Positions 9,895 through 18,748 of a DNA stretch of 64,000 nt are shown here, piece by piece (positions within the stretch are counted from its first letter, which is position 1; each line of letters opens with the position of its first letter). This DNA comes from an uncultured Verrucomicrobiales bacterium. GTDB taxonomy: Bacteria > Verrucomicrobiota > Verrucomicrobiia > Verrucomicrobiales > DEV007. The notes beneath the pieces were generated by a model. It saw nothing but the letters and a program-made list of their open reading frames with translations. It made no database searches and was not told the origin of the DNA. Location: the NCBI GenBank assembly GCA_938091905.1, contig CALKOM010000026.1:7338-71337 (forward strand), read 5' to 3'. The translations under genes and the position numbers were made by a program.

Positions 9895-11946
9895 CTATTC
9901 CGTGTCTTGACGTGAGCTGTCCGCATCGGGCAGGAGCTGGCCTACGATTTCCTCGATGCCCTCTTTGGCCAGGTCGCTCTTCATGTACATTTGCCGAGCC
10001 TTGAGATACCATCCGAGAGAGGAACCTAGTTGCCCGTTCTTTTTGTGCCTCGAAGCTTCTTCTACCATCGACACAAAGCGTGCGGCTTTGACCGTGAGCT
10101 GGGAGTAGAGTTGGGCGTAGTCCGGGTCCTTGTTGTAAGAATCGGCCTCGGCATGGAGCGTCTCCCAAGCGGCTTCTGGACTGCCTGCATCGACAAGAGC
10201 CTTTGCCTTTTCAATACGCATCTCGAGGTCTTTGAGCCGGTCCCGCACGGACATCAGATCTTCCATTCGCTTGGGATCACTGGAAAGACCGACGGCAGCA
10301 GCGAAGCGGGCTTCGTCTTTCTGAATCGCCCGGTAGTTGCCCTCCGCAATTAGACGATCAAGGTCGTCGAGCGCTTGGCTTTGCATGTCGCTGCCTTTGA
10401 GAATAAGGTCTGACACTTTCTTGAGCTCTGGGTTCGTTGGGTAGAGCGCGTGAGCCTGTTCTAGGTGTTTCTGCATCTCATCGTCTTTCCCGCTACGAGC
10501 AGCAAGGAGGGCCCTCTTGAGAAGCATATCCGCTGTCATGGTTGTGGCATTGATGAGCCCTTCTGGCTTCGCGTAATCAAAGTCCTTCGCCAGGACCTTC
10601 ATCTTATCGACGAGTTCCTTGGCTAAGTGATAGTTTTTTACGTCGATGGCGCTTAATAATTGGTTCGAGTGCCGAACGAACTCTAGCACCTTCGCCTTCT
10701 TCTCCATGCTGAGAGTTCGAATGCCGGGAAGGTATTCACCAACGGCGAAGGCCTCAGACAGCCGCTTGGTCGCTCCTTCGAGTTCGCCTTTGGCTACGAG
10801 GTGCTCGAAAGCTTGTATTCCTTCATCGACATCGCGTATGGCCTCATTGGCTAGGGCATCAAACGTTGTCACCGTGGGGTTCATCCCTGAGGAGGCCTGG
10901 AAACTCTTGTAAATGGCAGACTCCTCATCGAATTTCATCGACGTATCACCATCTTTGAAGAGCTGGCGGTAAATGCGGGTGGCAATGACGACATGCTCAA
11001 ACCGGCGCTGCATAAAATACTGCATGATGAGCCCTTGATACTCCAGCCTCTGCTGAATATCGCTCGCGGCCATGCCAATCTTGTTCTTGGCGGCCAAGGA
11101 TTCCATTTCAGCCGCTTTTTTCAGGTAATACGCGGTGTAGGATGCCTGACTGAATTTGCTTTGAGCGCGGTCTTCCGGCGTTTCACCGCCGGTTTCATCT
11201 CCTTCGACACTGTTGCTCACAGAGTTGGTTTGCTCGTTAGAATTACGGTTGTCTTTCTGCGTGCGTCCAACGAGCTTTGAACGTTCGTCTAGCGGATTGG
11301 CTTCCGACGAGATCTTAGCATTCCATAACTGATTCTTTGCCTCCTTTTCTAACACTTTATTTGCGTTCTTCAGTGCATTGACATTGCGCCTCGCTAACCA
11401 AATCCCATAAATCGTATTGGAAAGAGATTCACAGAGACGGGCATCATGGTAGTAAGCCGCTGCAATTGGCAGAAGGCCTACCGCTTTAGAGAGGTTGCCT
11501 TTCCTCGCTTGGTGAGGCGATAGGGCGTCGAGAATTTCACGGAGCGTTTTACGGTAGGCGTCGTCTTCTTTCGAGCTTGCTGCAGGAGAGCTGAGATACT
11601 TCTCGAAACGAGCTCCGAACATCCTGTTGTTCACCACATTCCAAGTATTCCCATTCCAAGACAGTACCTCAGAACCAGGATCGAGGAAGGGCAGTTCCAT
11701 GCCCATGAAAGAGGGGCCTGTTGACTTTACTGGCGCGCCTGCTGCCGGTGCAGAAGATGCGGCATCTCCGGCTGGACCAGATGCGGCTGCCGCATCGGCT
11801 GGCGGTGTTTGCGTGACAGAGAGATCAGGTAATTTCGCGGCGTCTAGACCTCCCAGCGGGCCAGGGGACGGGGCTGAAGGATTCTGTCCAAAGCTAGCGG
11901 AGAGAGTGAGACCGAGCGCGAGGACTGGAAGTGGAAAGCGAGACAT
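9895..11946 (-). CDS. Hypothetical secreted, largely alpha-helical (TPR-like) protein
   Basis: 683-aa ORF with a signal peptide (MSRFPLPVLALGLTLSASFGQ), then a Pro/Ala-rich linker and a long helical-looking region. No recognisable catalytic motif. Confidence 0.65.
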   Translation of the reverse strand: MSRFPLPVLALGLTLSASFGQNPSAPSPGPLGGLDAAKLPDLSVTQTPPADAAAASGPAGDAASSAPAAGAPVKSTGPSFMGMELPFLDPGSEVLSWNGNTWNVVNNRMFGARFEKYLSSPAASSKEDDAYRKTLREILDALSPHQARKGNLSKAVGLLPIAAAYYHDARLCESLSNTIYGIWLARRNVNALKNANKVLEKEAKNQLWNAKISSEANPLDERSKLVGRTQKDNRNSNEQTNSVSNSVEGDETGGETPEDRAQSKFSQASYTAYYLKKAAEMESLAAKNKIGMAASDIQQRLEYQGLIMQYFMQRRFEHVVIATRIYRQLFKDGDTSMKFDEESAIYKSFQASSGMNPTVTTFDALANEAIRDVDEGIQAFEHLVAKGELEGATKRLSEAFAVGEYLPGIRTLSMEKKAKVLEFVRHSNQLLSAIDVKNYHLAKELVDKMKVLAKDFDYAKPEGLINATTMTADMLLKRALLAARSGKDDEMQKHLEQAHALYPTNPELKKVSDLILKGSDMQSQALDDLDRLIAEGNYRAIQKDEARFAAAVGLSSDPKRMEDLMSVRDRLKDLEMRIEKAKALVDAGSPEAAWETLHAEADSYNKDPDYAQLYSQLTVKAARFVSMVEEASRHKKNGQLGSSLGWYLKARQMYMKSDLAKEGIEEIVGQLLPDADSSRQDTE

Positions 11947-12016
11947 GGTGTGAGAAATCTTTAGCGTTTAAACTGACATCTATCCTCACTCGCTGCAAGT
12001 GTTCAGGATACCGAGA

Positions 12017-12717
12017 TCACTCCGAGAGCAGTCGCTCTGCGGTCGAGGCGTACTGACCAAAGATCGTCGCTCGCGCCTTCATATCGAATTGGGTGACCAG
12101 CGTCCTTTTGAGCCTAATCGCATACGCTTGATAGGCTTCGGGATCTGGTTTTTCCAAGAAGCGACCGGGCGCCGATAGAGCGATGTGTGCAGCAAGAGTG
12201 TCTGGGTCAGAGGCGGGGCTGAAATGATAGATGATGGTTGCTAAAGCCGTGGTTGTGAATGCGGTGGCCTGCAGTCCAGCCGTGAGGATGCTTCCAGTGG
12301 CGCCGCGGCGAGGAGACAATGGGGGCTGTGGACGCGGGGACGTGTTGAGCTTCCAGATGACGAGGGTCTGAACGGCACCGATGGGAATCCATCTCCCGCG
12401 CTCCCATTGCTCATAGCGCTTGGCTGAAATGCCGGCGAGGCACTGACTCGCTTCGTCGATAGTGAAAAACCCCGCTTCTCACGAACTTGGCCAAGGAGGA
12501 CAGAGAATTGCCAGCTGGAAGGCTGTCGATGCGGAGCGTCCGATGCGGCTGTGAAAACATTGGAGGGGCTCACACCGGGATAAGAGGGGCTCACACCGGG
12601 ATAATCGTTGCTCTGGCTCTGAGGCTGTTTGGAGGAGTCGCGGGCGGTCACGGGTAGATTGGGAAGCTGGTGGGGAGGAACGTTGAGTTCGAAAGAAAGG
12701 GGATTTGCTGAGTGCAA
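12017..12717 (-). pseudogene. XRE-family helix-turn-helix gene split between two reading frames (frameshift, or possibly -1 recoding)
   Basis: The frame of ORF 12241..12717 reads ...FSVLLGQVREKRGF. The -1 frame continues FTIDEASQCLAGISAKRYEQWERGR... to the stop at 12017. Together they form a canonical HTH_3 motif (L..lRe..g.t.eeaa..lgis...y..wErG). The frames switch at the A5C4 run at 12465-12473. Confidence 0.55.
12563..12604. repeat. Perfect 21-bp tandem duplication (GAGGGGCTCACACCGGGATAA x2)
   Basis: Read directly: 12563-12583 is identical to 12584-12604. It is in frame on the minus strand and encodes YPGVSPS twice in the N-terminal part of the XRE-like ORF. Confidence 0.9.
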
Positions 12718-12838
12718 TATAGTTCTTGAGAGCGCTCAAATTTATTAGAATCGCAATTAAATTATAAATATTTAATATTTTTAATAAATATAGCCACAAG
12801 ACTGCCTCAGCTCTTGGGCATCTGACCGATCACCGCCC

Positions 12839-14737
12839 TCAGTCCAGCGTGAGCCTTCCCCAATCCTCGGGGCGGCCCTGCACCCCGGATCGAGGCGCCC
12901 ATGCGAGGCGGCATTCGTTGACGTTCTCACCGATGGCCGCATCTGCCTTGTCGCCATCGTAGAGGATGACGTTGAACCCGATAATCTGACCCTTGGCAGG
13001 AGTGGTCACTCCGATGACTTTCCAGGGAATAGCGGTTTGCAACCGATAGCCAGTGTCCGTTCTGACCGCCTTGGTTCTCATACCGACGGCAGTTTTTTTG
13101 ATCGGGCCTTGATTCGCATCAGCGTCCCGAGCTGCACGGGTATTTCCTTCAAGATCGAAGGGAAAGATCCCTACTTTGAAACAGGTTAGTGTGTGCTCTG
13201 ACGTCGCTGTTGGATCGACACAGATCTCGATCGCATCCGTACGCCAATGGCCGCGGATATCGTTTGGGGAGATGTTAGATACGATGACGTCGTCGTGCAC
13301 CAGGGCGTCAATATAGAGAAACTCTGCGTCGTATCCGGTTCGGATCTCGCAACTGAGATCAGTGGGGGAGTCCGCTTTGCCCTGAACCCGTTGATCGGGG
13401 GTGATGCTGATCGGAGCCAGGGCGTTCCATTTTTCAGACGAGCCATCAAGTTTCGGTTTGAACGCAAGCGGAGCCAAGTTGGCATGAGGTACGGGGTGCA
13501 ACGCGGCCTCGGACCTAGCATCCTCCAACTGAATTGATGTATCGATAGTGGCTTTGATCATAGAATTCTCACGCGCGCCTACTGGTGGAGTGATTGATAG
13601 AATGATCTCGTGCTGCTCTTTCGGAGCTAAGGTCGCCGTGGCTTTGTTGGGCCTCAGCTTCCAGCCGGCTGCTGCTTTGAAAGTTACCTCAATCTCTTCG
13701 GCCTCGGAGTCATGGTTGGTGATGAGTAGCGAAATGGTATTTGTTTGACCAGCGACGATGGGAAGATCTGAGGAAAGATCTGTCATGAGATGGGAGATCT
13801 TCTGCTCTTGAGCCCAAGCATGAAATCGAGTGAGTGCGGGGCGCGGTTTGAAGTTTGCTTGGATGCGCTCCGGTGCCACCGGTAGACGTTCGATGGTCGC
13901 GGGCTGTTCACTTTCTGCTAGAGGTAGGCCAGCAAGTAGATCGGTTTCGTTCTTGGCCGCGGGAACAGCAGTCTTGATCAGACCGTAGCTTTCCGGAGGT
14001 CTGCCTACCGCCGTTCGTTGAAAGCGTCCAAAGCCTTGGGATCGGTGATTGCGCAGGGCCTCACCCGCAATGGTATGTGCCTCTGCTCCGGGGTCGACCT
14101 TGGCCACAGCTCCAGCGCTATCGCCTCGGAAGTAGAGTTTGCGTGTTTGCCAAGTGGAGAGACCTTCTCGAGTGAGTTGAGTGAGGAATTTGCTAGGATC
14201 TGCGGCTGCGGAGTAGGCTTCTACGGCAAGGATGCCAGCCGCTTGGTGGTGCCCATGCTGACCAGGGCGGGGGAACGGATTCATTGTGAGGATGATCTCC
14301 GGTCTTAGGTTGCGAATGATCCTGACAAGATGCGCGAGTGATGCCTTTCGATCCCATTTCTCGAGAGTCATCGCGGCGCTTTCGGTGTAGGCCCAGTCTA
14401 ACTGGTCCAGAAAGAAATGGTGCCTGACGCCGAGGGTGTCCAGACACTGCTGAAGCTCAATTTCACGGAGGACACCGAGGGAGCGCCCCCAGTGTGTGCC
14501 AACCATGTTGCCACCGCCTTCGCCGCGTGTGCAGTAGACATGGGAGATAATCGTATTCCGCTCATGGGCGTAATAGGCGATTGTTGAGGCCATGCCGGTT
14601 TCGTCATCGGGATGCGCCAGGACGCAGAGGATGTCCGTCTTGAGTAACTCGGCTCCTTGTTTCTGGGCGATTACAGGGGTGATCGCTAGTGTTATCGCTA
14701 GTGTTATCGCGAGGACAATGAATCTTAGAGTGGTCAT
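12839..14737 (-). CDS. PIG-L/LmbE-family deacetylase fused to a CBM9-like carbohydrate-binding domain, secreted
   Basis: VLAHPDDETGMAS signature and HHQAAG match PIG-L. The C-terminal DGSSEKWN...EFLYIDALVHDDVIV...TDAIEICVDP looks CBM9/DOMON-like. The N-terminal signal contains LAITLAITLAIT. Confidence 0.8.
   Translation of the reverse strand: MTTLRFIVLAITLAITLAITPVIAQKQGAELLKTDILCVLAHPDDETGMASTIAYYAHERNTIISHVYCTRGEGGGNMVGTHWGRSLGVLREIELQQCLDTLGVRHHFFLDQLDWAYTESAAMTLEKWDRKASLAHLVRIIRNLRPEIILTMNPFPRPGQHGHHQAAGILAVEAYSAAADPSKFLTQLTREGLSTWQTRKLYFRGDSAGAVAKVDPGAEAHTIAGEALRNHRSQGFGRFQRTAVGRPPESYGLIKTAVPAAKNETDLLAGLPLAESEQPATIERLPVAPERIQANFKPRPALTRFHAWAQEQKISHLMTDLSSDLPIVAGQTNTISLLITNHDSEAEEIEVTFKAAAGWKLRPNKATATLAPKEQHEIILSITPPVGARENSMIKATIDTSIQLEDARSEAALHPVPHANLAPLAFKPKLDGSSEKWNALAPISITPDQRVQGKADSPTDLSCEIRTGYDAEFLYIDALVHDDVIVSNISPNDIRGHWRTDAIEICVDPTATSEHTLTCFKVGIFPFDLEGNTRAARDADANQGPIKKTAVGMRTKAVRTDTGYRLQTAIPWKVIGVTTPAKGQIIGFNVILYDGDKADAAIGENVNECRLAWAPRSGVQGRPEDWGRLTLD
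14682..14705. repeat. 12-bp tandem repeat ATCGCTAGTGTT x2, with a partial third copy
   Basis: Read directly. It encodes the LAIT repeats within the signal peptide of the PIG-L gene. Confidence 0.85.
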
Positions 14738-15093
14738 TTGCTTTGGAAGTCTGCGGGTGTGCCTTTGGGAAAGAGAGCATCAATGGTATCTTGAATTTTC
14801 TCGACTCGATTCTCAGGATGTGGATGTGTGCTCAAGGTCTCGGGTGGACCTTTGCCCATACTTGCGCTAGCGCTAGCAAGGACATTCATGACGTCTATCA
14901 TTGCCGTGGGATCATAGCCTGCGTTGGCCATGAAAAGCGCTCCGAGTCAATGAGACTCAAGTTCGTCTTCGCGGACGTACGCTGTGCGGCCTTGCTGGGG
15001 TCGAGGAATGGCGGCATCTGAATGGAAATTCCGGTCTCTCACAAATAGGAAGGCAGAATTCTTTTGTTTCGTTTTGGCGTCCTAATAATCAGA
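14734..15093 (-). pseudogene. Remnant of an M48-family metallopeptidase gene; the HExxH region is missing and there is an in-frame TGA
   Basis: The 65-aa ORF (MANAGYDPTAMIDVMNVL...LSTHPHPENRVEKIQ) matches the C-terminal end of M48 peptidases. The same frame upstream reads ...AYVREDELESH, then TGA at 14947-14949, then LGALF. No HExxH block is present. The stop overlaps the PIG-L start as ATGA. Confidence 0.45.
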
Positions 15094-15160
15094 AAATCTC
15101 CAATTTCTACGTGAATTGAGTTGCATTGAAAGTAGGCTCACGATAATCTCCAGATTAACA

Positions 15161-15661
15161 ATGGACAATGCAGCGCCCGCGATTCCTGGATTTCGCTCGC
15201 TCTCCCAAGCTGGGATTCAACTCGGTGATGGAAGAGAGCGTTCCCCATCGCCTGAGGCTCAAGCGGGTGGGAGCAAGTCAGCAGAGCTGACTCCGGCTGC
15301 TACGGCGTCAAAGGTTCGCCGTGCGCAATCTGTGGCCGTGCAGCCAAGGGAGCCGGGGACCAAGCGACCCCTGCCTCATCAACAACAAAAGCACCAGGAG
15401 ATGGTTCCTCAGGGCAGCGTTCCTAATGGCCTTTATCTTGGGGAATTGCCTTCTCTGCAATTCTCTTGCCCAAGCTGTGGGGTTGTCCTGACCATCACAG
15501 AGCCGTCTTCCTACAATGGCAAGCCCGGTCCGTGTCCGCATTGCTCATCCGTGGTCCTTCCACCAAGGGTAGTCTCGCCTTTCTCCATGGCGTCGACTCG
15601 TCAGCCGGTGCAACCCACGCAAGAAGAAGCACCGCGGCACTACTTCGGTTTCTCGCTTTAG
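15161..15661 (+). CDS. Hypothetical protein with a C-terminal CxxC...CxxC zinc ribbon
   Basis: The ORF contains CPSCGVVLTITEPSSYNGKPGPCPHCSS. Start taken at ATG 15161; the track begins at TTG 15116. The N-terminal half is low complexity. Confidence 0.5.
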   Translation: MDNAAPAIPGFRSLSQAGIQLGDGRERSPSPEAQAGGSKSAELTPAATASKVRRAQSVAVQPREPGTKRPLPHQQQKHQEMVPQGSVPNGLYLGELPSLQFSCPSCGVVLTITEPSSYNGKPGPCPHCSSVVLPPRVVSPFSMASTRQPVQPTQEEAPRHYFGFSL

Positions 15662-15700
15662 AGCGTTGCTGCGGATCAATTCGGCGCTATTGCTTGCTGA

Positions 15701-15997
15701 ATGGATCGTCCTTTCCTTAAGAATTTACGTCGTCTTGGAATGATCGAGGGTATCTCGACCCTGCTCCTACTTGGTGCTGCCATGCCTCTGAAATATGTGG
15801 GCGGCAACGAGATTGGCGTGAAGATTGTCGGGCCGATTCACGGATTTCTCTTTCTCGGCTTGATCGTTGTTGCGGCGATCGCGATCGAGCGGGTGCCGAT
15901 CGGTAAGAAGTTGGGCTTTGTAACCATGCTGGCTGCCATTGTGCCGTTCGGACCATTCGTGGTTGATCGGTGGCTGAAGAAACTGGATCAAGATTAG
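15701..15997 (+). CDS. DUF3817-family small membrane protein
   Basis: 98 aa. EGISTLLLLGAAMPLKY...VGPIHGFLFLGLIV...VPFGPFVVDRWL matches the DUF3817 pattern. Confidence 0.75.
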   Translation: MDRPFLKNLRRLGMIEGISTLLLLGAAMPLKYVGGNEIGVKIVGPIHGFLFLGLIVVAAIAIERVPIGKKLGFVTMLAAIVPFGPFVVDRWLKKLDQD

Positions 15998-16003
15998 CGC
16001 CAG

Positions 16004-17383
16004 CTATTTTAATGGCGGTGATGGCAAGGCATCTGTCTTAGGCAAGTGCGCGGCGAGTTTCACTTTGATGGCATCGTGAGAGGCTTTGCCTGCTAGATTG
16101 TCATATTCGTTAGGATCGCTCGCGTGGTCATAGAGTTCTTCGCTGCCATCGGCATAGCGAATGTAACGCCAGCGGCGATCGCGAACAGCGTGGTTTTGAT
16201 ATCCGTGAGTTGTTAGGGCGATGTGCTCCCATTTCCCTTGAGGTTCCTTTAAAAGAGGGACGATTGAGTGGCCGTCGTTGTCCTCTTTTTCTGGCAATCC
16301 CGCCAAATCGACGATCGTTGGAAACAGGTCTAACAAAGAAATGGGCTGATCACAGCGCGTGTTTGCCGTGGTCACGCCCGGAGCGGCGATGATGACTGGC
16401 GTGCGGGTGGCTTCTTCCCACAGCGCAAATTTTCGCCAATGCTGTTTCTCGCCCAAGTGCCAGCCGTGATCTGTCCAGAAGACGATGATGGTGTCCTTGG
16501 CGAGAGGCCCTTCGTCCAGGGCATCGAGTACGCGGCCAAGTTGCTCATCCATGAACGCGATCGATGCCAGGTAACCCTGGACCGCCGGTTTCCATTGGTT
16601 GTGTTGGAGCACCTTTGCATGGTCCCCCCCAGGCTTGGCCATCTTGAGTCCTGCTTTGGGAATGTCTTCTAAGTCATTGTCAGGAGTCTTGGGGAGTTCG
16701 ATAGACTCCAGTGGGTACTTCTCGAAATACTTCGTTGGAACAAACCATGGAAGGTGCGGGCGGAAGAATCCGCAGGCCAAGAAGAGTGGCTGCTCGTGCT
16801 CCTTGCTTAACTGATCGATGATCCAGTCGGCGACTTTGGTATCGCTCATGTCGCTGGATTTGGCGTTCACGATGCCCCAGTCGAAGTGGCGGGTCTTTTC
16901 GATGCCGTTGAGCGGTATGTCATCGGGAACGGGATCTGCGGGGCGTTGCTGCGTGAGCGATGGGAAATAGTCGTTCCAAGATTCGGGATCTCGGAATTTG
17001 CCGTGATACATTTTCCCAGAACCGATCGCACGATACCCATGCTCGCGGAGATACTGTGGCAGGCTGACCGCATTCTTGAGGCGGGAAGACTCACGCCAGG
17101 GCTGTTGATTGACGTAGACGCCCGAGGTAGATGGCGCAATGCCTGTGAGCAGGGCAGTACGGGAAGGATTGCAGGCGGGTGCGGCACAATGTGCATTGGT
17201 GAAGAGGACACCACGTTCGGCCAAACGCGTGATGTTTGGAGTCAGCGCCTGAGGATGTCCTCCGAGCGGGCTGATCCAGTCATTGAGATCGTCGACGGCA
17301 ATGAACAGGATGTTAGGATTGCCCGCAGCCGCTGCGAGGCTGTGGATTGCTAAAATGAGGGCGAGGAGTCCATTGCGAGCCAT
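16004..17383 (-). CDS. Cys-type sulfatase (arylsulfatase A family)
   Basis: NILFIAVDDLND and the CNPSRTALLTG sulfatase signature. The signal peptide starts at Met61 of the tracked ORF (ATG 17383, MARNGLLALILAIHSLAAAAG). Confidence 0.9.
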   Translation of the reverse strand: MARNGLLALILAIHSLAAAAGNPNILFIAVDDLNDWISPLGGHPQALTPNITRLAERGVLFTNAHCAAPACNPSRTALLTGIAPSTSGVYVNQQPWRESSRLKNAVSLPQYLREHGYRAIGSGKMYHGKFRDPESWNDYFPSLTQQRPADPVPDDIPLNGIEKTRHFDWGIVNAKSSDMSDTKVADWIIDQLSKEHEQPLFLACGFFRPHLPWFVPTKYFEKYPLESIELPKTPDNDLEDIPKAGLKMAKPGGDHAKVLQHNQWKPAVQGYLASIAFMDEQLGRVLDALDEGPLAKDTIIVFWTDHGWHLGEKQHWRKFALWEEATRTPVIIAAPGVTTANTRCDQPISLLDLFPTIVDLAGLPEKEDNDGHSIVPLLKEPQGKWEHIALTTHGYQNHAVRDRRWRYIRYADGSEELYDHASDPNEYDNLAGKASHDAIKVKLAAHLPKTDALPSPPLK

Positions 17384-17480
17384 CCTTCCATTTACCAGGC
17401 GAAGGGATGTGATTGTCACGGAATTAATCCCTTTACTCGTTGTCCAAGTATCCCCAATAGTCCAAATACATTCTTCTCCT

Positions 17481-18725
17481 ATGGCAACCAACAAATCCAT
17501 TAAGAACAAGCTCTTTGTGATGATGATCCTTGAGATCGCCATCTGGGGGGCCTGGCAAATCAAGCTGTTTTCCTACATGCCGATGCTCGGATTCGAGACT
17601 TGGCAGATCAATCTAGCGGGCAGCATGTTTGGTATCGCATCGATTGTAGGCATCTTCTTCAGCAACCAGTTTGCGGATCGAAATTTCGCTGCGGAGAAGT
17701 TTCTCGCTTTTAGTCACTTGGTCGGGGGGATTGCCTTGGTCGCCACAGCGTTTATGACATCCTTCTGGCCCTTCTTTATCTGTTTCCTTATCTATGGGCT
17801 ACTCTATGTGCCAACGCTCTCGGTCACGAATGCGCTTGCCTTTGCCAATCTGAAGGATCCCGCGAATGAATTTGGCTTTGTTAGAATGGGTGGGACGGTT
17901 GGGTGGATCATTGTTTCTTGGCCCTTCATCTTCCTTCTCAGTGGAGAACAGACGATTGAGCAAATGCGTTGGATCTTCCTTGTTGGTGCGATCATTTCTT
18001 TTGCGCTCGCTGCTTTCAGTCTCACACTACCTCACACGCCGCCGAATAAGGACGCAGAAGGGGAAGGTTTGGCCTGGTTGAAGGCCTTTAAGCTGCTCAA
18101 GCACCCTTACATCCTGATCCTTTTCATTGTGACATTCATCGATTCCACCATTCACAATGGTTACTTTGTTCTTATCGATGGATTCCTTACGGATGCCGTT
18201 AAACTGGAACCGAATGTGACCATGGTGATCACGACGATCGGTCAGGTGGCTGAGATTGTGGCCATGCTCATCTTGGGCAAAGTGCTCGTGAGGCTTGGTT
18301 GGAAGTGGACCATGATCGTGGGTATCTTTGGTCACGCGGCCCGCTTTGCGGTCTTCGCCTATTGCGGAGATGCCAGTTTCCAATGGCTCATTATCCTCAT
18401 CCAAGTTCTCCACGGGATTTGTTATGCCTTCTTCTTTGCGACCCTCTATATCTTTGTCGATGCTGTCTTTCCCAAAGACATTCGCACCAGTGCTCAGGGG
18501 ATGTTCAATCTCTTGGTTTTGGGGATTGGTCTGGTCGTTGCGAACTTCTGGTTTGGTTCACTCAAAGCCAAGCTGACGTCTGCAGAAGGCGTGGTCGACT
18601 ACGAGAAGCTCTTCCTAGTGCCAACTGGCTTAGCGATTCTCGGAATGGTTCTTCTTCTCTTCTTCTTCAAGCCGCCGAGTGATCGCCCCGTTGCGGAAGG
18701 CTCTGACAGTGCCGCCCCTCATTGA
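17481..18725 (+). CDS. MFS transporter, nucleoside:H+ symporter-like (NupG/XapB type)
   Basis: About 12 predicted TM segments. The N-terminus KLFVMMILEIAIWGAWQIKLFSYM resembles the NupG FLQF.LWGSW...GSYM motif. Start taken at ATG 17481; the tracked upstream extension overlaps the divergent sulfatase. Confidence 0.75.
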   Translation: MATNKSIKNKLFVMMILEIAIWGAWQIKLFSYMPMLGFETWQINLAGSMFGIASIVGIFFSNQFADRNFAAEKFLAFSHLVGGIALVATAFMTSFWPFFICFLIYGLLYVPTLSVTNALAFANLKDPANEFGFVRMGGTVGWIIVSWPFIFLLSGEQTIEQMRWIFLVGAIISFALAAFSLTLPHTPPNKDAEGEGLAWLKAFKLLKHPYILILFIVTFIDSTIHNGYFVLIDGFLTDAVKLEPNVTMVITTIGQVAEIVAMLILGKVLVRLGWKWTMIVGIFGHAARFAVFAYCGDASFQWLIILIQVLHGICYAFFFATLYIFVDAVFPKDIRTSAQGMFNLLVLGIGLVVANFWFGSLKAKLTSAEGVVDYEKLFLVPTGLAILGMVLLLFFFKPPSDRPVAEGSDSAAPH

Positions 18726-18748
18726 TTTTGATCTAGATTAGATTACCA

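Noticed and set aside
15121-15147. A sigma-70-like promoter, TTGCAT-N15-GATAAT, upstream of the zinc-ribbon ORF.
   Set aside because: The spacer is short and the implied leader is only about 7 nt. PVC promoter consensus is poorly defined, so there is not enough support to call it.
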